IMG/VR virus record: IMGVR_UViG_3300044998_000296
Coordinates: 2,476 to 66,475 of that record
Direction: 5' to 3' (one strand)
DNA: 64,000 bases
From: a virus
The notes under the pieces were generated by a model. The model ran no database searches and had not been told where the DNA came from. It was given only the letters and a program-made list of their open reading frames with translations. How positions within the stretch are numbered: position 1 is the first letter of the stretch; the number at the start of each line of letters is the position of its first letter. This document shows, one piece after another, positions 1 to 7,793 of this stretch. The translations under genes and the position numbers were made by a program.

Positions 1-762
1 AGACTCAGCAAAGCCGACCGTCTCCCCCCGCAGCAGATTGTTGGGGAAGCTCGCAAGGTGCTGGCTTTCCCCAACGGTTCGCCTTGGGACGGCAAGGGGT
101 TCTTCCTCATTCCAAACGTCCGCTTGGAAAAGGTTCTCTCTGAGCTGGAGGATTACCGCAACAAGTTCTTCTCCGCTGTGGAAGAACTCATCACCAAGCT
201 CCCTGAGCTTGAGGCCAAGGCTCGGGCCGACTTAAACGGGGCCTTTGATCGTCTCGGGTTCCCGACCGAAACCGACTTGCGGGAGAGGTATAAATTCTCT
301 ATTCGCCAATCGGCCATTGTCAACGCGGGAGACTTGCGTTTGAACCATGTTTCCCCGGCTGCCAGGCAGCGAATCGAGGAGGCAATCCGCAAAGAGCAGG
401 CCGAGAAAGCCGACGCCGTCCATCGCGCCTGCGTGGATGGCATCGCTGCCGCCCTGCGCCGTGTCACCGACTCACTCCCGGCGTTTTCTGCGGGCCAGAT
501 CGTCCGCTTCGAGGACACGCTCATTACGGGACTGGAAGAATTGACCGAAGCTCTGCCAGCTTTGAATTTTGGCAAGGACCCGGCCATTGACCGCTCCCTT
601 GTCCAAATCCGGACACTGGTGTCCAAGCTCGCCAGGGCCAACCAAGACAGGACGCTTCGGGCCAAGGACGACCGGGGTTCCGAAGTCCGCAAGACCTTGG
701 CCACGGAAGCCGGGGGTATTCTGGCCGCCCTGAAGTCTGGAGCCGTTTCCAATAGGGTGTGA
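1..762 (+). CDS. DUF3150-like phage protein, 5' truncated by window edge
   Basis: Frame is open from base 1. Helical protein with 'LGFPTETDLRERYKF' and 'LPALNFGKDPAI' motifs, directly upstream of an AAA ATPase and a VWA gene, a recurrent phage trio. Confidence 0.6.
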   Translation, partial: RLSKADRLPPQQIVGEARKVLAFPNGSPWDGKGFFLIPNVRLEKVLSELEDYRNKFFSAVEELITKLPELEAKARADLNGAFDRLGFPTETDLRERYKFSIRQSAIVNAGDLRLNHVSPAARQRIEEAIRKEQAEKADAVHRACVDGIAAALRRVTDSLPAFSAGQIVRFEDTLITGLEELTEALPALNFGKDPAIDRSLVQIRTLVSKLARANQDRTLRAKDDRGSEVRKTLATEAGGILAALKSGAVSNRV

Positions 763-811
763 GCCAAAGTCTTTCACCCAACCAACCAACAACCAAACCA
801 AACACAAACCT

Positions 812-1954
812 GTGAAAGCAACCACACAATCAGCACCTATCACGGCCCGCGCTTACCCGCTGGCCATCATCAAACAGGCAATCGCAGTCCTCTGGATTGA
901 CGAGCTTAACTTGGTCCCCATTGTTTGGGGACCTCCCGGATGGACCAAATCTGCTACTGTAAACAGCCTTGCGGATGACCTTGGTTTGCCCGTGTTCGAC
1001 CTGCGCCTCTCCGACAAGGAAGCCAGTGACCTCGGAGGCATCCCGTCCCCCACGAATCGGGAATACAACGGGGTCGTGCGCCGCGTTGTCGAATACCTCG
1101 CCAACGCCCGGCTTCCGTGGGCCGACCTATATGGGGAAGACTACCCTTGTGTTCTGTTCTTGGATGAGCTTGACCGGGCATCCCGTTCCGTCTTGAACGT
1201 GGCCCTGCAAGTTCTCTTGGACCGCGGGGTCAACGGGCGGTTTCTCTCCAGGCGGTGCCGTGTGGTCGCGGCTGGCAATGGCTCATCGGATCGGGACACC
1301 ACGCCCCTCAACACGGCGGTCAACACCCGTCTGTGTCACCTTTACGTGGACACGAAGGGACCCGGAGCCTTAGATCACTGGATTGACTGGGCCAATCGTT
1401 CTTCGGTTGACCCCGCCCTTGTTGGCTACGCCCGCTTTCGTCCGGAAATCTTCGGCGGTCCCCGCCACGATTACTTGGAGCAAGCCAGCCCGAACCCCCG
1501 CACCTTTACGTGGGCGGCCAAAGCGGCCAGCGTGCTCGACGATCTAACATTGCCCGTGGAAGTTACAGAAGCGGTGGTCTTGGGATTGGTGGGTCAGGTG
1601 GCGGGGTTGGAATACCTGGCCTATCGGGCAACGCTGATCGACTGCCCGACCTTTGACCAAGTTGTCAAAGACCCCGCCAAGGCCAAGCTTCCTCCCGCTG
1701 ACCAAGTCGGGGTTCTCTATGCCCTTGGCGAGTCCTTCTTGGTCCGCTTGTTCGACCCGGGCAAGGCTGAATCAGGCTGCAAACTATCGCCGGAAATCAA
1801 CCCCGAGCATACCCGTCTGGTGGCCAAGTATTTCCGCCGCTGTGCAACCGAGAATCCAAGCTGCCGGGAAGCCGTGGCCTGGTGGTTCCGTCTTGCCGGG
1901 GAGAAGCTTCCTTCTCTTTGCGGGCTGGAAGATTATGTGTGGGCTGTGCGATAA
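812..1954 (+). CDS. MoxR-like AAA+ ATPase
   Basis: Walker A variant GPPGWTKS, Walker B LFLDELDRA, sensor-1 VVAAGN, and a later NPRT motif. Confidence 0.85.
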   Translation: MKATTQSAPITARAYPLAIIKQAIAVLWIDELNLVPIVWGPPGWTKSATVNSLADDLGLPVFDLRLSDKEASDLGGIPSPTNREYNGVVRRVVEYLANARLPWADLYGEDYPCVLFLDELDRASRSVLNVALQVLLDRGVNGRFLSRRCRVVAAGNGSSDRDTTPLNTAVNTRLCHLYVDTKGPGALDHWIDWANRSSVDPALVGYARFRPEIFGGPRHDYLEQASPNPRTFTWAAKAASVLDDLTLPVEVTEAVVLGLVGQVAGLEYLAYRATLIDCPTFDQVVKDPAKAKLPPADQVGVLYALGESFLVRLFDPGKAESGCKLSPEINPEHTRLVAKYFRRCATENPSCREAVAWWFRLAGEKLPSLCGLEDYVWAVR

Positions 1955-1963
1955 CTGAACCCA

Positions 1964-2001
1964 GCCTCCCCGTTTGTCCAAATCCCGACAAGCGGGGAGG
2001 C
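1964..2001. repeat. Intergenic hairpin, copy of TTGTCC-N-GACAAG palindrome family
   Basis: gcctccccgtttgtccaaatcccgacaagcggggaggc; related palindromes at 60600-60623 and 63588-63611. Confidence 0.75.
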
Positions 2002-2030
2002 ACAACACCAAACCAAACCAAACCAAAGCC

Positions 2031-2342
2031 ATGAAAAATAACGACATTGCAGAAGCGCAGCGTATCGCGGACAGAATTAACGAGTATGTCCGACTTCTTT
2101 TGAACGTTCCGAAAGAAGCTCAACTCACTCCAGGAATTGGGTCGATGACCGGGTGTAAATTTTGCCCTTCCCGCTGTTGTTTTCAAACCTGGATTCCGGC
2201 CAGCTCGGCACGGGCGATCAAAGAGATTAGCTCTTGTTTCAAACAAGCCGGGTTTTTGATTACAAAAAGTCCGGACCAAGCGACTAAGCAATTTATGCAA
2301 ATTGACGCTTGGCCCCCGGGTCTCAATTTTAGCGAACTTTGA
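2031..2342 (+). CDS. hypothetical protein
   Basis: ATG follows an AAACC-repeat leader like the neighbouring genes. Confidence 0.55.
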   Translation: MKNNDIAEAQRIADRINEYVRLLLNVPKEAQLTPGIGSMTGCKFCPSRCCFQTWIPASSARAIKEISSCFKQAGFLITKSPDQATKQFMQIDAWPPGLNFSEL

Positions 2343-2387
2343 AACCCCAAACCAAACCAAACCAAACCAAAGAAAGAACACAAACCT

Positions 2388-2618
2388 ATGAATACACAAA
2401 CCAACAACAGCCAGCACACCCCCGCAGGATTAGACGGCTTCGCCGTAGGGGAGGCCAACGCCCGCCTGATTGCCGCCGCTCCCGAGTTGGCGCAGGCCCT
2501 CAAGGCCCTGACAAAGTGGGGGCGGGACACAACTAGCCCCCGGGACCCAAACAGCCCGCACGCCCTGCTGGTGGCTGCGGTAGATGCCCTGCAAAAAGCC
2601 GGGGTAAGCCTCGACTGA
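2388..2618 (+). CDS. hypothetical phage protein (ANARLIAAAPEL motif)
   Basis: Contains HTP...ANARLIAAAPEL, a common small phage protein motif. Confidence 0.7.
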   Translation: MNTQTNNSQHTPAGLDGFAVGEANARLIAAAPELAQALKALTKWGRDTTSPRDPNSPHALLVAAVDALQKAGVSLD

Positions 2619-2647
2619 ACACAACAACAAGCCAACAGCATAAACCT

Positions 2648-4180
2648 ATGAGCAAACCAACCTTAGATCAGGCTCCCCGGCGCGACGCGCACCTGTCTGC
2701 CGGGGAGAAAATCAGCCAAGCCCTTCGGTGGGTCGGGCGCAAGGAGCCCATTGCGGTTCCGACCGTTCTGACCCGCTGGGAAGTCTTGGAGGACCGCTCC
2801 TGCCCCACTCTCAGCACCAACGGCAAGGTCTTGAAATACAACCCCGACTTCGTGGATCGTCTGAGCTTCAACGCGACCAAGGCCATCGTTCTGCATGAAG
2901 TTGGGCACGTCCTCAGTCAGCACCAACATCGTCGCCAAGGGCGCGACCATCGGGATTACAATATCGCCGCCGATCTGGCTTTGAATTGCCTCTTGAATCG
3001 AGGCTACCGGGCCGCTTTCAACGGAGACTTCGGGGCTCTCTATGCAGAGTTGATTGATCCGTCCGCCTTTGCGTCGGGTTGTTTCGTTGGGGCGGGTTCT
3101 TTTGCGGACCTGCCCCCGAACCTCGACGCGGAAGCCTACTATGAGCTGCTCAAGCAAAAAGCGAGTGAGAAGGAGCAAAACCAAGGACAAAACTTCGGAC
3201 AAAACTTCGGACAAAACTCCGGACAAAACCGAGGCGAAGAAGGCCCGGATTGTAGTGGTGATGGTGGCCGGGACTCTGACCAAGATTGTAGCGGTGAGGG
3301 GCTATACCCCGACCCCGCCCCCGACCAAGTGCCAGACGATGGTCAAGCTTGTGGCGGTAAAGGGCGAGACCGAGGACAAATTTTCGGACAAGGTCACGGT
3401 CCAATCGGCGGGAGTTTCGCTCAACTTTTTGACTGCTCCCCGGCGACCGGGGACATCGAAGACTCACCAACCCCGGAGTCCGAGCATGAAGATGGGCAAT
3501 CCATCCTTCTGGAAACTTTGCTCAACCATGAAGCCGCCGACAAATACAGCCCTCTTGGGCTCGGGGCGATTATTTCGGGAGTCCGCGATCAACTTTTCGG
3601 GGACTACGAACTGGCCGCTGCCATCAACTGGCGGGCCGTGCTTGAAGAGTTTCTGGCCAACGCTCACGCGGGACAACCCAGCTATGAGCGCATCAATCGC
3701 CGCCTGCACAGTCTGGCCGAGTCGCAGGGTATCATCCTTCCGACCGATTACAGTCGCAACAAAACCAACGGTGCGGTGCTGGTTGATACCAGTGGAAGCA
3801 TGGGAGACACGGATTGCGCCCAAGCCTTGGCGCACTTGGGGAAAATCCTCGCCTTGTTTCCCGATTCTACCGTCAACTTGGTCCAGTGCGACACCGAAGT
3901 CCACTGTTCAGAGGAATACACGGGCGGTGATTTTCCTCCGCAGAATTGGGCTGGGTGGTGCGGTCGGGGTGGAACCGACCTTAGCCCGGGCTTCCGTTTC
4001 ATTCGGCAACAGGGGGAATCCTTCGACTGGTGCATCGTCATTACCGACGGGGAGTTCATTCGTGACGGGCTTGTGGACCCCGGAGTTCCAACGCTGTGGG
4101 TTCTAACTCGCCCCGGCTACTGGGCCGACAAACCTTTCCCTTTTGGTCGCGTGGTTTCTATCCGCGCCGCCAAGAATTAA
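2648..4180 (+). CDS. Predicted metallopeptidase + VWA domain protein (DUF2201-like), partner of AAA ATPase
   Basis: HEVGH zincin motif, NIAADLALN, low-complexity linker, VWA MIDAS DTSGSM, GRGGTD and VITDG. Confidence 0.85.
   Translation: MSKPTLDQAPRRDAHLSAGEKISQALRWVGRKEPIAVPTVLTRWEVLEDRSCPTLSTNGKVLKYNPDFVDRLSFNATKAIVLHEVGHVLSQHQHRRQGRDHRDYNIAADLALNCLLNRGYRAAFNGDFGALYAELIDPSAFASGCFVGAGSFADLPPNLDAEAYYELLKQKASEKEQNQGQNFGQNFGQNSGQNRGEEGPDCSGDGGRDSDQDCSGEGLYPDPAPDQVPDDGQACGGKGRDRGQIFGQGHGPIGGSFAQLFDCSPATGDIEDSPTPESEHEDGQSILLETLLNHEAADKYSPLGLGAIISGVRDQLFGDYELAAAINWRAVLEEFLANAHAGQPSYERINRRLHSLAESQGIILPTDYSRNKTNGAVLVDTSGSMGDTDCAQALAHLGKILALFPDSTVNLVQCDTEVHCSEEYTGGDFPPQNWAGWCGRGGTDLSPGFRFIRQQGESFDWCIVITDGEFIRDGLVDPGVPTLWVLTRPGYWADKPFPFGRVVSIRAAKN
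3181..3230 (+). repeat. 12-bp tandem repeat (ggacaaaacttc) encoding GQNF/GQNS
   Basis: About four in-frame units in the linker of the VWA gene. Confidence 0.8.
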
Positions 4181-4205
4181 ACCAACCGACACACACACAG
4201 AAAAT

Positions 4206-4523
4206 ATGACTCTAATGTTAGAAACTGATGCTTATGACCCCACTGAAAAGGGCCGACCTTGGGCCGCCAAGGTCACTTTTGAAACACTCTCCGGAGAGTT
4301 CCATTGGGGCGACTTTGTGGGCAACTGCGGGGAGCCCGGGCTCCGCGTCCTGCCCAACGTGGAGCCCGGGGACATCATCGCCCTCGGTCAAAAAGACTGG
4401 GCCGAGCCTCATCTTGGGCAGCCCACCTTCCATGTCTTGAACAGCGACGGAACCCTCACCCCGTTTCCGGGGCGAAAGGATGCCTACCTATACTGGCTTC
4501 GCACCAACTCAAATCCAAACTAA
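4206..4523 (+). CDS. hypothetical protein
   Basis: ATG after AC-rich leader; 'RPWAAKV...GDIIALGQKD' resembles small phage proteins. Confidence 0.6.
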   Translation: MTLMLETDAYDPTEKGRPWAAKVTFETLSGEFHWGDFVGNCGEPGLRVLPNVEPGDIIALGQKDWAEPHLGQPTFHVLNSDGTLTPFPGRKDAYLYWLRTNSNPN

Positions 4524-4530
4524 AACTCCT

Positions 4531-4743
4531 ATGATAAATCAAATAAAGCGTAACATCCGCCGATACCGGGCCGCCTTGTGCGCCCGACGCCAAGCGACCG
4601 AAGCCTTCCGTCGTCGCCGCGACCTAGCCAGACACCGCTCGGAAGAAATCCAGCGCATTGCCGAGTTGGAACGCCGCGCCCGGGGAGCCAGGCTCTATGC
4701 TGCTTGGTGCTTCCCGGCTATAGAAAAAGGAGGTCGCCTGTGA
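4531..4743 (+). CDS. hypothetical basic protein
   Basis: ctcctATG start; stop overlaps the next GTG. Confidence 0.5.
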   Translation: MINQIKRNIRRYRAALCARRQATEAFRRRRDLARHRSEEIQRIAELERRARGARLYAAWCFPAIEKGGRL

Positions 4744-4925
4744 GCACGCAATTTCTCAACGCCCGAGCCGTCCGCCAGTATGCTTTGGACTACGCCGCCA
4801 AGAACAAGTTCCACAAGTTCGAGCGGGTCAGTCCGGAGTTTGTCACCAAGATCGACGGCATTGTCCGTTCCGCCATAGCCAAAGCGGTTCAGGCACAGCC
4901 TTCCGTTGGTAAAACGATTCGCTAA
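4740..4925 (+). CDS. hypothetical small protein
   Basis: GTGA coupling with the upstream ORF; ends 'PSVGKTIR'. Confidence 0.55.
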   Translation: MSTQFLNARAVRQYALDYAAKNKFHKFERVSPEFVTKIDGIVRSAIAKAVQAQPSVGKTIR

Positions 4926-4931
4926 AAACCT

Positions 4932-5477
4932 ATGCCCGATTGCACATCTTTCCCAGTTAAGGCCCCGCCCTTCCCCGAGGTTCGTTTGTCGGCTGCGCCC
5001 CTGTTCCCCGGCTACGAGTATTCCTTGTGGCTTCGGTCTGGGGGCCAACCCTACGCTCTTTTTTACGCTCCTGATGGTCGGCGGTTGAATCCGTTGCCCG
5101 GGGGCACGGCTATTCCATGGCCTCCGTATTCCGAGTGTTCTTTGGTTTTACGGAAACGGTTTCGCGGGGCTGCCGACCGAGCCCTAGTTGAACTGCAAAA
5201 ATTATTGAACGCTCAGCGGAGTTCGGTGTCATACCTTCAACCTCACCTTCAACCCCTAATCCCAACTAAAAATATGCCCAATAAACTTTACTTCGACCAC
5301 GAGATAAAAGCCCTGGAACGCGCCCGTTACTGGTCCGCGTTTTTGAGTGGGGCTCTCGTTGCCGCGACTTTGTGCCTGCTGCTGGTGTTTGCTTACGCCT
5401 TCTGCTATGCCACCAAGCAGACGCACCCATTCATCCAAGCCCAGGAGGAGAGCCAAGGGCGGCGCGTTGCTTTTTAA
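4932..5477 (+). CDS. hypothetical protein with C-terminal transmembrane segment
   Basis: aacctATG start; hydrophobic stretch AFLSGALVAATLCLLLVFAYAF; a second start at about 5274 is possible. Confidence 0.45.
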   Translation: MPDCTSFPVKAPPFPEVRLSAAPLFPGYEYSLWLRSGGQPYALFYAPDGRRLNPLPGGTAIPWPPYSECSLVLRKRFRGAADRALVELQKLLNAQRSSVSYLQPHLQPLIPTKNMPNKLYFDHEIKALERARYWSAFLSGALVAATLCLLLVFAYAFCYATKQTHPFIQAQEESQGRRVAF

Positions 5478-5499
5478 CGCGGTCACACCCATAAAACCT

Positions 5500-5700
5500 A
5501 TGAAAAACACAGAACGGGCTGGGATTGGCTCGATGCCAGTATTCTCAGTTATACTTCCCGATGGCCGTAAAATTTGCGGCCTAACTAGGCATGAGGCCGT
5601 AACGGGGTTGGCGTGGCTGCCAACGGGCTCCCGAATTGATCCTCCAATTCCTCCATGTAACCCCGCCGCCCTGAATTTGCTTGACGCACTATGCAAATGA
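5500..5700 (+). CDS. hypothetical protein
   Basis: aaacctATG start typical of this genome. Confidence 0.45.
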   Translation: MKNTERAGIGSMPVFSVILPDGRKICGLTRHEAVTGLAWLPTGSRIDPPIPPCNPAALNLLDALCK

Positions 5701-5732
5701 TAGGACGCCTGCCCAGCTTGCGGAAATACTCC

Positions 5733-5831
5733 GCAGAACGCACAAGTTGACCTATGACTACCGCGCCAACAGACTCCGCAATCACTGAAACCGCCGACGC
5801 GGTGGGCATTAGGTCCAGCGACTTGTTCGCC
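5733..5831 (-). mobile_element. attC-like recombination site A1 (complete)
   Basis: + strand: gcagAAC|gcacaa|gttgacc|tatgactaccgcg ... cgcggtgggcatta|ggtccagc|gactt|GTTcgcc; 7/8-bp L boxes, 6/5-nt spacers, extrahelical bases. Confidence 0.8.
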
Positions 5832-6410
5832 ATTTCTCGGGTGTGGTGTATGCCGTCGCCTCTGACCTTCTCGATGAAGCCAATCCGCGCCTTCGTGGAA
5901 CGCTGGCTCCGTCCGGTGTCGGTGGACTGCTTTGCCCGGGACTGCCAACTGGCAGACATCACGAACGACCTGAACCCCGCGACCAAGGCAATGCACCACA
6001 TGGACGTGCTCGACTTCGCGGAATGGCTGGGCCGCGAAGGAGTCCGCCCGTCCTGCATCTTGTTCGATCCGCCATATAGCCCGCGCCAGGCGGCAGACTG
6101 CTATGAGGCGGCAGGGGTGGACCCGAAAACGCTGGACGCCGTGAAACGCCGGAAGGGAAACGCATGGCAAAGGACTAAGAACTGGAAGGAGGAACGCGAT
6201 GCGTTGGCCCGGATACAAGGGCCGGGTGACGTGGTGCTGTCCTTCGGGTGGGATTCCTGCGGGATGGGCAAGAAGCGCGGATACGAACTGGCGGAGGTGC
6301 TGCTGGTCTGTCACGGAGCCTGCCACAACGATACGATCTGCATTGCGGAAAGGCGCGTTGCAGATATGGCGAACGACCAAGGTCAGCCACGGCGGGAGGA
6401 AAACCTATGA
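5754..6410 (+). CDS. DNA amino-methyltransferase (N6-adenine type), cassette-borne
   Basis: Motif I-like VSVDCFA, catalytic FDPPYS, and C-terminal HG..HNDTI. Starts inside site A1 and stops inside site A2. Confidence 0.8.
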   Translation: MTTAPTDSAITETADAVGIRSSDLFAISRVWCMPSPLTFSMKPIRAFVERWLRPVSVDCFARDCQLADITNDLNPATKAMHHMDVLDFAEWLGREGVRPSCILFDPPYSPRQAADCYEAAGVDPKTLDAVKRRKGNAWQRTKNWKEERDALARIQGPGDVVLSFGWDSCGMGKKRGYELAEVLLVCHGACHNDTICIAERRVADMANDQGQPRREENL

Positions 6411-6459
6411 AAATCAAAAGTGACGCGATCCCGCCGTTGGATGCACCGCCTTGTTCGGA
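6368..6459 (-). mobile_element. attC-like site A2 (complete)
   Basis: ggcgAAC|gaccaa|ggtcagc|cacggcggga ... tcccgccgttg|gatgcacc|gcctt|GTTcgga; loop holds an ATGA stop/start overlap at 6407-6410. Confidence 0.8.
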
Positions 6460-6491
6460 ATCTTCTTCGACGGACCACCGAGGAATCCTTG

Positions 6492-6590
6492 TCGGAAACA
6501 GGGGTCAGGTATCGGCACCCGCAAGCGGTGCGCCCGATTCTAACCCAGCGCGCGGTGCGGGTGACGATTAGCTGGACTGGCTTGTTAGCT
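6492..6590 (-). mobile_element. attC-like site A3 (left end degenerate)
   Basis: ggtcagg|tatcggcacccgca ... tgcgggtgacgatta|gctggact|ggctt|GTTagct; AAC is not at the canonical distance on the left. Confidence 0.65.
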
Positions 6591-6598
6591 GAATTTTT

Positions 6599-6814
6599 AT
6601 GGAAACAACGATGAAACTAAAAATCCGAAAAGGCCAGCGCATGTTGGTCAAATGGCGCGATGACTGCGGAAAAATTCACATCCGGGAAGGGATTGTGGTG
6701 GATTGCGAGCGGGATTTTGTAAAAATCGAACACCGATTTTTCGGAATCCTCCGCTGGAGCAGATGGTATCCTATGAAAGATGATCGCCACAATGCAGAGA
6801 TTATTTTCAGCTAA
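6599..6814 (+). CDS. hypothetical small beta-rich protein, cassette-borne
   Basis: Lies between A3 and A4; its TAA is part of the agcTAAc box. Confidence 0.6.
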   Translation: METTMKLKIRKGQRMLVKWRDDCGKIHIREGIVVDCERDFVKIEHRFFGILRWSRWYPMKDDRHNAEIIFS

Positions 6815-6838
6815 CGTCCGCGATCACGGGCCGCTAGG
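6809..6838 (-). mobile_element. attC-like half-site A4 (left arm only)
   Basis: agctAAC|gtccgc|gatcacg, similar to the left arm at 50286; no partner arm downstream. Confidence 0.55.
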
Positions 6839-6858
6839 AGCGAAGAAAGTATACGAAA

Positions 6859-7152
6859 ATGGATAAGTTCAAATGTCAAGAATGTGGAAAGGTATTCGAT
6901 CCCGACCCCGCTGCAATGGTGGAAGTCGAAATAAGTCCCGACCTCGTGCTCGAAAATGAGGCGGATGAAATGGCGGATGCGGGCAAGTGCCTGACCGAAG
7001 ATGATCTAAGAAACGCGGAGGCCGAACAGCTGCAAGCTTGGGGGCTGAGCGAAAAAGATCGTGACGCAATGCTCAGTGGTGAAGGTGTTGTAATAGGAGG
7101 CATGTGCATATGCTTGGAATGTCAAGATAGGCTCGCGGAGGAACAATCATGA
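6859..7152 (+). CDS. hypothetical acidic protein with two CxxC motifs
   Basis: FKCQECGK ... ICLEC; ends just before site A5. Confidence 0.65.
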   Translation: MDKFKCQECGKVFDPDPAAMVEVEISPDLVLENEADEMADAGKCLTEDDLRNAEAEQLQAWGLSEKDRDAMLSGEGVVIGGMCICLECQDRLAEEQS

Positions 7153-7156
7153 TTTT

Positions 7157-7278
7157 TCCGAACGGCCAAGTCACCGAATCCCGCCCGTGATCGCGCTGCG
7201 CTGCAATGTTGACGGACGAAAAACCCCGCCGGTGCGAGCACGCGGCGGGGCGGGATTCGGTGGACTGGATTGTTGGCC
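7157..7278 (-). mobile_element. attC-like site A5 (complete)
   Basis: tccgAAC|ggcca|agtcacc|gaatcccgccc ... gggcgggattc|ggtggact|ggatt|GTTggcc. Confidence 0.8.
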
Positions 7279-7279
7279 G

Positions 7280-7624
7280 TTACGCTCTATCCGAGCAAAA
7301 TTTGTGGTGCGCGGCAAACGCCCGGCTCCGCTCGACCCATCCTGCAACATATTTGACCGCCGCCGGAGTATTCCCCTGAGCATAACTGTTACCCGAGCGG
7401 GTTTGGCCGTCCTGAATATAAAAAACGACATGGGCAAATTTGGTGCCGCGCTGCCAGACCTGCGAGTAAATCCGGTTAGCGATGCATGTCTCCTCGACCA
7501 TGGTGATTGGCATTTCAGGCCGCCCGCCCAACGCTCCGTTTTTGCGAGCGGCGGCGGCTTTGGCTGGGGTGGTGATGCTGCCGAGCGTGGCGGCAGCCTG
7601 ACTTGTGGTGTTTGTGGTGCTCAT
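7280..7624 (-). CDS. hypothetical protein (K..AAR.NG..GGRP motif), only reverse gene in the array
   Basis: MSTTNTTSQAAATLGSITTPAKAAAARKNGALGGRP; TAA abuts site A5. Confidence 0.65.
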   Translation of the reverse strand: MSTTNTTSQAAATLGSITTPAKAAAARKNGALGGRPEMPITMVEETCIANRIYSQVWQRGTKFAHVVFYIQDGQTRSGNSYAQGNTPAAVKYVAGWVERSRAFAAHHKFCSDRA

Positions 7625-7633
7625 TGCGCAATC

Positions 7634-7661
7634 AAAATAACCCAACGCTGGGATATGTCAA
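7634..7661 (-). promoter_or_regulatory. sigma70-like promoter for the reverse cassette gene
   Basis: TTGACA-16 nt-TATTTT on the - strand, 9 nt before ATG; spacer holds the near-palindrome cccaacgctggg. Confidence 0.55.
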
Positions 7662-7695
7662 CAGAAAAAATGCAGGGGAACAAAATTATTTATTC

Positions 7696-7793
7696 GATCA
7701 ACGCCCAAGGTGAGGCACAGCCTCCCGCCAAAAAGCTATGAACAAACCAAAAGACCTAACGGGAGGCTGTTGTCCTCCACCGATTTGTTCAAA
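7696..7793 (-). mobile_element. attC-like site A6 (complete)
   Basis: gatcAAC|gcccaa|ggtgagg|cacagcctcccg ... cgggaggctgttgt|cctccacc|gattt|GTTcaaa; ATGA in loop at 7738-7741. Confidence 0.8.

Noticed and set aside
5681-5710. Pc-like promoter driving array A (TTGACG...)
   Set aside because: No acceptable -10 at 16-18 nt spacing.
5256-6380. 374-aa - strand ORF and other long antisense ORFs (e.g. 62052-63563, 19468-20583, 59919-60866)
   Set aside because: They shadow motif-bearing genes on the opposite strand in GC-rich DNA and show no recognisable motifs.
7187-7741. 184-aa + strand ORF across sites A5-A6
   Set aside because: Overlaps the - strand gene that has a known phage motif and a promoter; likely shadow, although its stop does fall at the A6 ATGA.
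5733-7793. Rho-independent terminators as explanation for the hairpins
   Set aside because: No U-tracts, ORFs read through them, and they share AAC/GTT ends with asymmetric bulges and cross-gene complementarity.
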